DNA from: Candidatus Latescibacterota bacterium | GTDB taxonomy: Bacteria; Latescibacterota; UBA2968; UBA8231 | Reading direction: 5' to 3' | DNA: 64,000 bases | Assembly (NCBI GenBank): GCA_965208105.1 | Contig: OZ242318.1 | Location: forward strand, 640,001-704,000 | In this document: positions 29,271 through 38,910 of the stretch, in pieces | Layout of the letters: every line of letters starts with the position of its first letter | How positions within the stretch are numbered: position 1 is the first letter of the stretch | The notes under the pieces: model-generated | What the model was told of the DNA's origin: nothing | What the model saw: the letters and a program-made list of their open reading frames with translations, nothing else | The model's database searches: none | Position numbers and translations under genes: made by a program

Positions 29271-30335
29271 TCATCTGCCCAGGTGGGCCTTCACTATATC
29301 GATGACGAGGGCGATGTCGTTGCGCGCATCTTCCACCGGGGTGCGGCAGACGGCTCCCTCGGTGACGCAGGAGTGAAAGTGGCGCAGCTCGCAGAGGAAG
29401 GCGTTGTCCCATTCCACCGCTGGTTCCTTGCAGAAGGTCCTGCCCTCCTCGTCCACACCCTGTATGGAGACTCTGGAAGGGATTCCACGGGCGAAACCGC
29501 TGGGATAGTTGACGATCACCCGCCGGTCATCGGCGTAGACCTCGAGGGACTCGGTGAAGTTCCACAGCCCGGGCAGGGACACCCAGGAGGCGGCGCAGCG
29601 CGCTCCGCTCTCGTAGGCCAGGACGGTGTTGATGCCGCGGCCTTCATTCCAGATCTCGGTGCTGACCACTCTTCGTGGCTGCCCCATCATCAGGCGCAGC
29701 CCGTAGATGTCGTGGATCATGCTGCCGGCGATGGTGCGGAAGGCCGAAGCCACATGCGGAGGAACGCCGCTGCCCAGCGCCTCCCTGGCAATATCCGGCA
29801 CCGTAACCTCCGGGACCGCCGGCAGGTCGTCGAAGCGCTTGAGCCGCAGGTGGCGAAGGTGGAACTCGTTGCCCGTGTGCAGATGGTTGATCTGCACGAA
29901 GCGGATGGAGCTCATGCCCCCCACCTCGCGATGGGCGATCTCATAGGCCGGATCGTAGACCTTCATGTAGGCCGCCATCCCCACCCTGCCCGAGGACCGG
30001 GCGGCGGCGATGACAGCGTCGATGTCGGGCAGGGAGAAGCACAGGGGCTTCTCGATGAGAACGTGCTTGCCCGCTTCGAATGCGGCGAGGGCCACCTCGG
30101 TCTTGGGATCGGAGTGGCACAGCAGCACCGCGTCCAGGTCCGCGCCCAGAAGCTCGCGGAAATCGTCGGTGTGGAAGGCAACCCCGTAGTCTGCCGCGAT
30201 GGTGCGGGCAAGGGTCGGCGAGATGTCGCAGAGCCCGGCTACCTCGAACTCCTGGTCCAGCATCATCAGGTTGGGCAGGTGGTGGACCTGGGCGATCGCC
30301 CCGCAGCCCACCAACCCTATGCGAATGCGTTTCAT
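29271..30335 (-). CDS. Gfo/Idh/MocA oxidoreductase
   Basis: GLVGCGAIA, GKHVLIEKP, MIHDI. Confidence 0.92.
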   Translation of the reverse strand: MKRIRIGLVGCGAIAQVHHLPNLMMLDQEFEVAGLCDISPTLARTIAADYGVAFHTDDFRELLGADLDAVLLCHSDPKTEVALAAFEAGKHVLIEKPLCFSLPDIDAVIAAARSSGRVGMAAYMKVYDPAYEIAHREVGGMSSIRFVQINHLHTGNEFHLRHLRLKRFDDLPAVPEVTVPDIAREALGSGVPPHVASAFRTIAGSMIHDIYGLRLMMGQPRRVVSTEIWNEGRGINTVLAYESGARCAASWVSLPGLWNFTESLEVYADDRRVIVNYPSGFARGIPSRVSIQGVDEEGRTFCKEPAVEWDNAFLCELRHFHSCVTEGAVCRTPVEDARNDIALVIDIVKAHLGR

Positions 30336-30480
30336 GAATCTCCCTTCATCGACTTCAGTCCCCGGTCCGGATCGGCAGAGACGGCGGCGCGGCGCCTGGA
30401 TGGAATATGGGGTCCCCGCTCCAAGGCCGGGGCGGCGGGAAACCTGGGCCCGGGTTCAGGCGCGACTGTACCCGCCTGTA

Positions 30481-30647
30481 CTAGTGCCTGCTTGCGCAAT
30501 TCCGCGTGAATTCGGCCGCCGCTGCATCCCGGCTCGCGGCGTTGCCCTCCCTCGCCGTACACTCCAGGTACGACTCGCTCAGGCGCCTGGCGAGCCGGGC
30601 GCTTCTGCGCCCTCGTTCGTACGCTTAATTACGCAAGCAGGCACTAG
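30481..30647. mobile_element. MITE-like element copy C (TIR type 2, CTAGTGCCTGCTTGCGnAATT)
   Basis: ctagtgcctgcttgcgcaatt ... aattacgcaagcaggcactag, 167 bp. Core hairpin shared with copies A and B. Its right CTAG includes the cupin stop. Confidence 0.9.
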
Positions 30648-31282
30648 CCCGTATCCGTGGTTCCTCCGGCCCGGGGCGCCATGTTGTTCCATACCTCCCC
30701 CAACTCATAAACCGTGGTGAATGCCTTGCACAGGTTCTCCCACACCGCAAGGCGCGCCTTCCCGGCATCCTCCAAAGGGCCGTCGGCCCCCTTGAGCGCG
30801 GCAGCCTCCCCGGCACTTGCACGCAGGGCGCTGGCGGCGGCCTCGGCGGTCTCTATGTAGCTGTCCACCATGGCGGCCAGGGGAGTCTCCACGTCCGTCT
30901 GCCTGTCGAACTGGTTGAGTCCGCCGATGCGGACCGGATGGCGGCCCCCGTCCGCTGTCCTTCCGGTGTGGGTCGGCACGATGTGCGGAGTCACCGACAG
31001 GTACATGATTACCGGTTCGTCCCCGACGACGCGGACCCGGTGGGGCTGGTCGGACAGAGCGACACACATCTGTCCCGGCCCGAGCTCCGCCTCCTCGCCG
31101 TCGATCTCGAAGAGGCAGCGGCCCTGGAGGATCAGGAAGATCTCGTGACCCAGGTCGTGGCTGTGAAGCTCGGCGCCGTCGGGCCCCGGTTCCAGGCGGA
31201 AGAGGCGGGAGCGGATCTGAGGTGTGACCAGGACATTGCGCTGGTCCTCCTTCCGGCGAAAATCGTAGACGTCAAGGGCCAT
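30644..31282 (-). CDS. Cupin-domain protein
   Basis: LHSHDLGHEIFLILQG...DQPHRV cupin motifs. Confidence 0.85.
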   Translation of the reverse strand: MALDVYDFRRKEDQRNVLVTPQIRSRLFRLEPGPDGAELHSHDLGHEIFLILQGRCLFEIDGEEAELGPGQMCVALSDQPHRVRVVGDEPVIMYLSVTPHIVPTHTGRTADGGRHPVRIGGLNQFDRQTDVETPLAAMVDSYIETAEAAASALRASAGEAAALKGADGPLEDAGKARLAVWENLCKAFTTVYELGEVWNNMAPRAGGTTDTG

Positions 31283-31294
31283 GGTTCTCTCCTT

Positions 31295-32074
31295 TCAGGC
31301 CAGCTGGTCTTTGACAATTTCCTTGACCGTATTGAAAGACGCCGGCTCCACCAGGTCCCTGGTCCGGGGCGACAGGCGCTCCAGGATCTCGGGCGGGAAA
31401 TTCAGGGTGCCGGTGTTCTGGGTCTTGAAGCGCAGCACCAGGGCGCGGCGCACCCGGTCCTCGGGTTGCCAGGGCATGGTGCCGTGGGTGAGCAACTCGG
31501 ATATGATCACCACGTCCCCGGCGCGGGGGGTGACGTTGACCACGCCGTCGGGGACCTCGGTGGTCACCAGTCCATCGTAATACAACTGCTCGGGACGTTC
31601 GAACTCGGCCTTGTGCGAGCCCGGCACTACAACCAGGCCGCCGTCGCCCGGGTTGACATCGTCCAGGTAGGGAAATACCACCAGGTCGTCGCAGAAAATG
31701 CGGCCGTCTCTGACGCCGTAGCGGGTGCTGGGCCAGCCATAGCCTTCGCGGGCGCAGTGGAGACGGCTGTTCGAGTCGCGGCGCCGGTCGACGATCAATG
31801 TGCCGTTGCCGAGCCGCGGCCGGTCATAGGTGAGCTCGCGGATGATCGGCCAGAAGGAGGGGTGCATGGCCAGGGCCTCGAGGGCCTTGTCGAAGGCGAA
31901 GCCGTGGGTGTGCCTCCACCCATCGATCTCGAAGCCGGGAGGAAGTTGGTCGGGGGGCGTGTTCATGTAGCGGTCCGCCGCCTCCCGGGCTTTCCGCAGC
32001 TCCTCTTCGCCGAGGGCGTTCTCCAGGTGGAGGTAGCCGGCGATGTCGAAGAAATAACGCTGTTCGGGGGTCAT
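31295..32074 (-). CDS. Phytanoyl-CoA dioxygenase (PhyH) family protein
   Basis: MTPEQRYFFDIAGYL, LHCAR, GGLVVVPGSHK, ELLTHG. Confidence 0.88.
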   Translation of the reverse strand: MTPEQRYFFDIAGYLHLENALGEEELRKAREAADRYMNTPPDQLPPGFEIDGWRHTHGFAFDKALEALAMHPSFWPIIRELTYDRPRLGNGTLIVDRRRDSNSRLHCAREGYGWPSTRYGVRDGRIFCDDLVVFPYLDDVNPGDGGLVVVPGSHKAEFERPEQLYYDGLVTTEVPDGVVNVTPRAGDVVIISELLTHGTMPWQPEDRVRRALVLRFKTQNTGTLNFPPEILERLSPRTRDLVEPASFNTVKEIVKDQLA

Positions 32075-32098
32075 GCTGATGCTCCTTGGATGGCCGTG

Positions 32099-32890
32099 TC
32101 AATGATCCGAAATGACCTTGCGCAGGTTCTCGCCGTTTTCCCGCATCCAGCGGTGGACCACCATCAGGTCCGTGCCGATGCAGAAATGGCGCACGCCCAG
32201 ATCGAGATAGTACCTGGCCGCGTCCGCGCTCTCGATCTCCGCCCGCGGCGGCACCCCCCGGCGCAGGCAGGTCTCGATGACCCTGCGCTCCACCTCCTTC
32301 ACCTCCCTGCTCTGGGAAGCCCCCGGCCGCCCTATGCTCATGGAGTAGTCCGAGCCGCCCCACTGGATCATGTCCACCCCATCGAGCTCGAGGATCTGGT
32401 CCAACTGCTCGACCGCGGCCTTTTTCTCGATCATGAGAACGACGACGATATCCTTCAGGGCCTGGACGTACTCGCTGCTGCCGCCGCCGTATGCCATGTA
32501 GGCGTTGCGGCGCGAGGCAGCGCCGTAGGTGCCGCCGACATCCGGGGTATCGGGACGCACAGTCAGCACGCAGCGGCGCGCCTCATCCACATCGTGACTG
32601 TCGGCGAAGAGCACGCTCTGAAAGCCGGCCCCCACCGCGCGCTGGGCGAGAAAGCGCTGCGGCTCCTGGTCCACCTTGATCATCGTCGACATGCCGTGGA
32701 GTTCCGCCGCCCGGCAGAAGTTGTCGAGAGAGAACAGGTCGAAGGGTGCGTATTCGGCGACGAACTCCACGTAGTCGAACATGCCTGTATGCCCCACGGC
32801 CTCCACCACCGAGGGCCAGGAGCTGTGGATGTGGGTCCCCACGGTGGCCTTACCTTCGTCCAGAAGCCTGCGCAAATTGTTTACTCTCAT
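32099..32890 (-). CDS. HpcH/HpaI aldolase family protein
   Basis: FDYVEFVAEY, LMIEK, GVDMIQWGGSDYSMSIG. Confidence 0.88.
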   Translation of the reverse strand: MRVNNLRRLLDEGKATVGTHIHSSWPSVVEAVGHTGMFDYVEFVAEYAPFDLFSLDNFCRAAELHGMSTMIKVDQEPQRFLAQRAVGAGFQSVLFADSHDVDEARRCVLTVRPDTPDVGGTYGAASRRNAYMAYGGGSSEYVQALKDIVVVLMIEKKAAVEQLDQILELDGVDMIQWGGSDYSMSIGRPGASQSREVKEVERRVIETCLRRGVPPRAEIESADAARYYLDLGVRHFCIGTDLMVVHRWMRENGENLRKVISDH

Positions 32891-32938
32891 CGAAGATTCC
32901 TCATATGAAAATCGGGCCGCACCATCCCGCCGGCGCTC

Positions 32939-33739
32939 TCAGCCCATCGCGATTCCGCCGTCGACGTTGATCGACTGCCCACTGATATTGCGCGCCTCAT
33001 CCGATGCCAGAAAGGCGACCAGGTCCCCGATGTCACCGGGTGTCTGCTCCCGCTGCAGCGGGGTGTTCTTCCTCACGTACTCGTCGAACACGGCGCGCGC
33101 CGGCATCCCGGCATAGGCCGGGTCGCCTGCCGCGATCAGGGGAGCGAGCAGGTGCCAGAAGGAAGTCCATACCAGGCCGGGGCAGACGGCATTGACGTTG
33201 ACGTTGTAGGGACCCAGGTCCTTGGCAACACAGCGCGTGAGACTGAGGAGGGCATTCTTGGCCGCGGCGTAGCTGGGCAGGATCTGGGGGTCCCGCTGCG
33301 CCGCGATGGAGGAGATGTTGACGATCTTGCCGTACCTGCGCTCCATCATGTGGGGAGCCACTGCCCGGCACAGAAAGAAGGGCCCCTTGACGTGGATTTC
33401 GTAGTTGTCATCCCAGTCCGCCGCGGTCTGGTTGGTGAAGGGCAGGCCCAGGTTTTCGCCGAAGTGACCGGCATTGTTGACCAGGATGTCCACCCGGCCG
33501 AAGGCATTCAGGGAGGCTTCCACCAGGGCCTCGCACCCCGGCTCCCGGGTAATGTCCGATTCCACCGCCACGCACCTGCGGCCGGACTTCTCGAGCTCGG
33601 CCACCTGCCTCTCGGCTGCTTCCAGATCAAGGTCGGCGACGACCACGTCCGCCCCTTCCCGGGCAAGACTGGCGCAGATCCCCCCTCCCATTCCGCCGCC
33701 CCCGCCGGTAACGATGGCAATTCTGTCTTTCAAGCGCAT
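32939..33739 (-). CDS. Short-chain dehydrogenase/reductase
   Basis: TGGGGGMG, NNAG, NISS, YAAAK. ATG at 33739. Confidence 0.93.
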   Translation of the reverse strand: MRLKDRIAIVTGGGGGMGGGICASLAREGADVVVADLDLEAAERQVAELEKSGRRCVAVESDITREPGCEALVEASLNAFGRVDILVNNAGHFGENLGLPFTNQTAADWDDNYEIHVKGPFFLCRAVAPHMMERRYGKIVNISSIAAQRDPQILPSYAAAKNALLSLTRCVAKDLGPYNVNVNAVCPGLVWTSFWHLLAPLIAAGDPAYAGMPARAVFDEYVRKNTPLQREQTPGDIGDLVAFLASDEARNISGQSINVDGGIAMG

Positions 33740-33882
33740 GGCGCCCCCTCTTCTGTTCAATCGTGCTGGCGCGATACCGATCATTCCAAGATACCACCAG
33801 CCCTTTCTCCCATCAAGAAGCACAGAAGGAACCCCCCACTCTCGCCGGCGCAGAGGAAACCTCAGGCGACCGAACCGGCGGG

Positions 33883-34854
33883 TCAGGGCGGGTCGGAGTG
33901 CTTTTCGTGGTAGAGTTGGGCGATCTCGGCGCCGATAATGAAGACGATGGCGGCAAAGTAGATCCACAAGGCGATGGCCGCGGACAGAACATAGGCGCCG
34001 TAGAGATACCAGATCGAGGCGAAATGGCTCAGGTAATAGCCGAAGATCCAGGCGGCGAACTCCCACAGGAGTGCTGCCCACAGGGCCCCCACGGCCAGAA
34101 TTCTCAACGGGGGTTTGCGGTAGGGTACCAGCCGGTACAGGCTCAGGAACACGGCGAAGATCAGGGCCAGGGAGGACAGGCTGTACAGGTAGGTGATGTA
34201 GGCCTGGGAGCGCAGGGGAGAAAGGGCGGCGTCGATGACGGCGGCCAGGACCGGCAGCGCGAAAACCAGGAGCAGGAAGGCGGAAAGCACCAGCAGTACC
34301 GCTACCATATCCCGCAATTTGTCCAGCAATACGGGAAATGTGCTGACGATTGCCCGCGTGATACCTGCCACCTCCCCGCCGAGCACCTTCCTGCCCAAAC
34401 GCCGCAGCGCGGTCCACGTCTCGTCCCTGTGCTCGCTTTCGGCCTGGAAGACCTGGTTGAGCAGGGTCCTCATGCTGCTGAACAGGCTGCTGACGCTCAG
34501 CACCAGGATCAACAGGCCGAAGACTCCGTAGTTCTCCTTGAACTTGACCACTCCGGGAACTCGAGATGCCAGGGCCTCCTTGAGGTGCTCCGCCTCTCCC
34601 TCGTAGGGGATGAACATCTCCACCGTCCTGCCTACCAGGAGAGCCAGGGACTCGGCGTCCAGGACGGCCCCGAGCACGAAGAAAATCAGGAAAACCGAGG
34701 GGACCAGGCAGAGGAGGGTGGCAAAGGCAAGGCCGCCGGCGAAGAGGAATAGGTGGTTGTCACTGGTCCGGTGGTAGAGGCCTCCCAGATAGTGGGTCCA
34801 GAAGCCCCGCCTGGACCTCCACCTGCCCGGCAGAAATCTGTTCGGCCTGGTCAA
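33883..34854 (-). CDS. YihY/virulence factor BrkB family membrane protein
   Basis: AGGLAFATLLCLVP, LYRLVP, LYGA..ALWIY..IGAEI. Probable TTG start overlapping the previous stop. Confidence 0.85.
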   Translation of the reverse strand: MTRPNRFLPGRWRSRRGFWTHYLGGLYHRTSDNHLFLFAGGLAFATLLCLVPSVFLIFFVLGAVLDAESLALLVGRTVEMFIPYEGEAEHLKEALASRVPGVVKFKENYGVFGLLILVLSVSSLFSSMRTLLNQVFQAESEHRDETWTALRRLGRKVLGGEVAGITRAIVSTFPVLLDKLRDMVAVLLVLSAFLLLVFALPVLAAVIDAALSPLRSQAYITYLYSLSSLALIFAVFLSLYRLVPYRKPPLRILAVGALWAALLWEFAAWIFGYYLSHFASIWYLYGAYVLSAAIALWIYFAAIVFIIGAEIAQLYHEKHSDPP

Positions 34855-35654
34855 TGCTCGCGCCTGATCTCCTTGTGGCAGTGAGGACACTTGAAGGAGG
34901 TCTCGCTCTCGCGCTGCATGATGGTCACGAATCCCGATCCGATGATGCCGGCCGGCAGGGCGAAGAACCCGATGCCCAGCATGGCAATGAGGGCGCCGAA
35001 GAATTTACCCATGGTGGTGACGGGTGTAACGTCTCCGTATCCCACCGTGGTCAGCGTTGCCACCCCCCACCACATGGCGGCCGGAATGCTCGAAAACTCC
35101 TCCGGCTGCGCCTCGTTCTCGAGCTGGTAGACGATGGCCGAGGAAAGGACCAGGAGGAAAACGATGGCCAGGAAGACCATGGACAGTTCTTTCCATTTCA
35201 GGTGGCAGACATCGGTGAACGCCCTGATCGATTTGGAATAGCGCACCACCTTGAACAGGAGCGGCAGCCGGACCAGCCTGATGATCCTCATAATCCTCAA
35301 ATCGGTGTCGATGAAAAAGGGCAGGTAGAAGGGCAGGATGGCCACCAGATCGATCAGCGCCATGGGCGTGACCAGGTAGCGCAATCTCCCCTTCAGGGGA
35401 TGTTTGAACCTGTCGTCCGTGGTGCAGACCAAAAGGCGCAGCAGGTACTCGAGGGTGAATACGGAAATCGAGAAGACCTCGAAGTAGCGGAATTGTCGCG
35501 CATACGGAATTTGCAGCCACTGAACCGTCTCCACGATGACGACGAACACATTCAGCAGAATCAGAGAGACCAGGAATACATCGACGGCCTTGCTGACCGA
35601 GTCCCCTTCCTCGGCCTTCTCGAGAATCTCGTAGAGCCTGGTTTGAACCTTCAT
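34851..35654 (-). CDS. Voltage-gated potassium channel family ion transporter
   Basis: WWGVATLTTVGYGD selectivity filter, Arg-rich S4, C-terminal CPHC. Confidence 0.92.
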   Translation of the reverse strand: MKVQTRLYEILEKAEEGDSVSKAVDVFLVSLILLNVFVVIVETVQWLQIPYARQFRYFEVFSISVFTLEYLLRLLVCTTDDRFKHPLKGRLRYLVTPMALIDLVAILPFYLPFFIDTDLRIMRIIRLVRLPLLFKVVRYSKSIRAFTDVCHLKWKELSMVFLAIVFLLVLSSAIVYQLENEAQPEEFSSIPAAMWWGVATLTTVGYGDVTPVTTMGKFFGALIAMLGIGFFALPAGIIGSGFVTIMQRESETSFKCPHCHKEIRREH

Positions 35655-35781
35655 CTTGCGAAGTTCCCCTTTTGCACGTCCTCTCCAGGCGGCGAAATTC
35701 CGCGTGTTTCAGGCTGGTCCACCGCCCTGCGCAGGGCGCATGGGGGCCTTTGACTCGGCGGCATAATCCCGTGACCGCACC

Positions 35782-38754
35782 CTAGAGCGGCTGCCCGTAC
35801 AGGGTGAATCCCACCATGGCGCGCACGAAGAAGGTGAGCCCGTCGAAATCGCGCGCGTCCAGGAACTTCGTCTCGTATTCCTTCTGGTTCTGCCTCAGGC
35901 CCATGATGGTAACCAGTTCGTAGCCGAAGTACTTGGATTGGTTGGTAAGGGTCGCGAAGGCGGTGCGCTGCTCGAAACTGAAGCGGCTGGCCACGCGGTC
36001 ATGGCGCAGATAGGGTACAGGGCCCCAGCCCTGGATCCCGGCGCGCAACGTCGTCCGCAGCAACAGCGGACACTCGAGGCGCAGGATGGGGATCGAGCGG
36101 AAATCGTCCCGCAGGCGACGGTCCTTGTCGCGGTCCACCAGTTGCAGGACCATGATTTTGTACTGCGGCGTCACCTTCAGTCGGCCCCAGTGCCAGGTGT
36201 ATTCCAGGCGGCTGACCCAGGTGTGGAAGTCCAGGCGGCGGTCCTTCTGGAAGAGACCGTTGTAGAGCCGGCCGCCCTGCTGCCAGTTCATCCGCAGGCG
36301 CATTTTCTGCACCACGTTCAAGGTCGACCAGGGCCGCAGCCTGGCCTCGAGGTAGGTCTCGTTGACGTAGCTGTCCTGGTAGTACATCAGGTCGGGGACG
36401 AATCTGAAGCTGAAAATAGGAGGATAGTCGTGGATGAAGGCGTCGATGACATTGCCTCTGCTCAGTCCGCGGAAGCTGAAGTTGCGCGTCCTGTCCGCGT
36501 TCTCGTCCCAAGAGACGTACTCGTCGGCGATGTCGTCCTGCACCCGGCGAAAGCTGTTCTCGAAGAACAGCTGCCGCAGGCGGTCGATGCCCTGGCGCTG
36601 GTATGTCAGCAGGGCATAGGACGAGTAGTTACGGCCGCCGCCGGCAATCTGGGCGGTGGCGTAGCGGCCCAGGGCAAGGGACCAGTTGGGGGTCAGGTCC
36701 AGTTGCCCGAAGAGGTGGTAGCCGCGCTGATCGTAGTCGTAGGGATAGTCCACCTCGCCGTCGTCCTCGCGCGGGTCCGGCTCGTCGTTGTGATTGCGGT
36801 CGAGACCGTAGGCGTAGGCGTTGGGCTCCACGTGGAACATGAGGAAGGGCTCTTCGGCATCGGGAATGAGGTCCCCGTCGCGGTTGGTCTCGGGCCAGCC
36901 GTCGTTGTCCTCGTCCTGGTCCAGGAACACCCCATCCACGTCGTGCGCCTGGCTGTCGTTGGAAAAACCGACCAGGTTGCCGACGCGCCGGTCGGGAAAC
37001 CGGTCGCCGTCGTCGTTGTCCTCCACCAGGTCCCAGTAAACCGTCTGGTTGTACATCCCTATCAGGTTGGTGTTATTGCGCCGGTGAGTCCCCCGGTTCA
37101 AAAAGGTGCGCAGGCTGGTGGTGAACCCCGGATTGATGGCGAATAATTCTGCCCCCAGGCGCCCCCTCCCGAACCAGCGGGTGGCGTTGAGAAAAGCGGC
37201 CGAGTTGCGATCCGCGAAGCGCGGACTGTCGTCGAAGGCAGGTTGCCCGTCACTCTCTCCCGGATAGCGCTGGTAAAGAGCCGACCGCGCGTACTCCCCC
37301 TGCACTTCCAGGCCGGGCAGGGAAAGGTTCAAGTCGGCGCTGTAGGTGAAAACTCCGGTGTCCTCGCCGATCCCGAAGCGCCTTCTCTTGAGGTTGCCAA
37401 GGTCGCGGACGTTGCCGGGGGAGCGCAGTACCGGCCGGTAAAAGGTGCTCAGGTATTCGCCGTAGTAGGCCTTGGCGCGCGGGTTCACGTTGCTCAGCAG
37501 GGCGACGTCCACGCGGTAGTCGTTGCCCAGCAGGGCCTCCACCTGGACCGATTCGACGAGGGGCTCCTGCGACACGTCGAAGAGGAATACCAGTTGCTCT
37601 GCGCCATCGGCGCGCAGTGCCTCCTCGGGCGACTCCACCTTGAAGATGGCCCTCAGCCCCTCGGGGTCGGCGTTGGCACTGACGTCCACTCCCTCCTCCA
37701 GGTCCAGGCGGTATAGATAGTCGGCGTAGAGGGGCATGTCGTCCCTGCCGCGGTAGAAAAGCCGATGCCCGCCGAACTGGGTGTACTGCACCACCGCGAC
37801 ATTGCCCGTGCGCTGCGACAAGGTCCCCACCTGCGGTCCGATCCCCCCGTGGTGGCGCACCACCCGAGGCACCAAGTCCGGCCTCGCCTGCCCGTTGACC
37901 ACCAGTTGCACCTCCTGCACGACCGCTCCCCCGGTGCGGTCCAGCGGCGAGTCGTCGGAGAAACGCACGACGATCCAGTCCATCAAGGGCTGGGCCGGCT
38001 TCAGCCGGCCCTTGAGGCCGTTCCCCGGCTGGGTGCTCTGGTATACGTGGGCATTGGCCCAGTTCAGCCCCATCTTCAAACGGCCCAGGTCCACCTGTGC
38101 CCGGCTGCCCAGAAGCATGGTCGATTCATCGGCATAGTGAGTTCTCTCGATGGCCCAGAACAAACCCTCCTCCTGGTAGGTGTGGGGCCGCTCGATGCGG
38201 GACCCCATCCCGGTCAGCTGCAGGCGGGGCGTGGATATGTCCAGGCGGAAGCCATTGAAGGATGTCATCGAGAGGGTCAGAGGCGACAACCGTGCGATCA
38301 TGTTGTCGGCCACCACGAAACTGTAGCCCCAACGGCCGTAACCGTCCCTCCCCACCACCACCCCGTCGTAGACCTTGTACCACACCAGTTGGTACATTTC
38401 ATTGGGTTTGAAAATTGCGCTGCCGAACTCCTGTCCCGGGATCCTCGTCTCCTCCCAACTGTAGAGGTCGTAGCCCCTGATCAGGTAATCCCCCAGAGGG
38501 CCGTAGTAGGCCCGCGGCGCATCCTCGTATGGGAAGGAGTGATTGGGATAGTTGGCATAGTTTTGCAGCGCGTAGTTGCGATAGGTGGGGCGGTCCCAGC
38601 GCAGGAAGGGCCGCGCAGATTCAATCTCGGAAGCCGCCCGCAAGCGGGGCTCCTGCCCCTCGACGAGCGTGGCCACACAGACCAGGACCAGCAGTCCTGT
38701 CCAGCCGCGGAAGGCGTGCAAGCAGGCCGGAACTCCCACAAATTTCGGATTCAT
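35782..38754 (-). CDS. Large secreted or outer-membrane hypothetical protein with acidic Ca-binding-like repeats
   Basis: About 990 aa, signal-peptide-like N-terminus, beta-strand-rich, DNDDGD/DEDNDG/NRDGD/DRNHND motifs. Confidence 0.75.
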   Translation of the reverse strand: MNPKFVGVPACLHAFRGWTGLLVLVCVATLVEGQEPRLRAASEIESARPFLRWDRPTYRNYALQNYANYPNHSFPYEDAPRAYYGPLGDYLIRGYDLYSWEETRIPGQEFGSAIFKPNEMYQLVWYKVYDGVVVGRDGYGRWGYSFVVADNMIARLSPLTLSMTSFNGFRLDISTPRLQLTGMGSRIERPHTYQEEGLFWAIERTHYADESTMLLGSRAQVDLGRLKMGLNWANAHVYQSTQPGNGLKGRLKPAQPLMDWIVVRFSDDSPLDRTGGAVVQEVQLVVNGQARPDLVPRVVRHHGGIGPQVGTLSQRTGNVAVVQYTQFGGHRLFYRGRDDMPLYADYLYRLDLEEGVDVSANADPEGLRAIFKVESPEEALRADGAEQLVFLFDVSQEPLVESVQVEALLGNDYRVDVALLSNVNPRAKAYYGEYLSTFYRPVLRSPGNVRDLGNLKRRRFGIGEDTGVFTYSADLNLSLPGLEVQGEYARSALYQRYPGESDGQPAFDDSPRFADRNSAAFLNATRWFGRGRLGAELFAINPGFTTSLRTFLNRGTHRRNNTNLIGMYNQTVYWDLVEDNDDGDRFPDRRVGNLVGFSNDSQAHDVDGVFLDQDEDNDGWPETNRDGDLIPDAEEPFLMFHVEPNAYAYGLDRNHNDEPDPREDDGEVDYPYDYDQRGYHLFGQLDLTPNWSLALGRYATAQIAGGGRNYSSYALLTYQRQGIDRLRQLFFENSFRRVQDDIADEYVSWDENADRTRNFSFRGLSRGNVIDAFIHDYPPIFSFRFVPDLMYYQDSYVNETYLEARLRPWSTLNVVQKMRLRMNWQQGGRLYNGLFQKDRRLDFHTWVSRLEYTWHWGRLKVTPQYKIMVLQLVDRDKDRRLRDDFRSIPILRLECPLLLRTTLRAGIQGWGPVPYLRHDRVASRFSFEQRTAFATLTNQSKYFGYELVTIMGLRQNQKEYETKFLDARDFDGLTFFVRAMVGFTLYGQPL

Positions 38755-38910
38755 GGCATCAATCCCAGGGTTGATTTTTCTCCAACATTCCACCAACAAA
38801 ATAAGAAATGGCCAGCAGATTTCCCAACTCCAAAATTGCCACACCGATCGAGGCGACGACGGGCTCTCCCATTCCTTCGATTGCCCAGGTCGGTTGGCGC
38901 GATGGCTCGC

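Noticed and set aside
32939-34417. Apparent N-terminal extensions or fusions in the ORF track (SDR 492 aa, permease 538 aa, TPR 662 aa, MnhD 749 aa)
   Set aside because: The extensions are off-frame read-through of upstream genes. The true starts are downstream.
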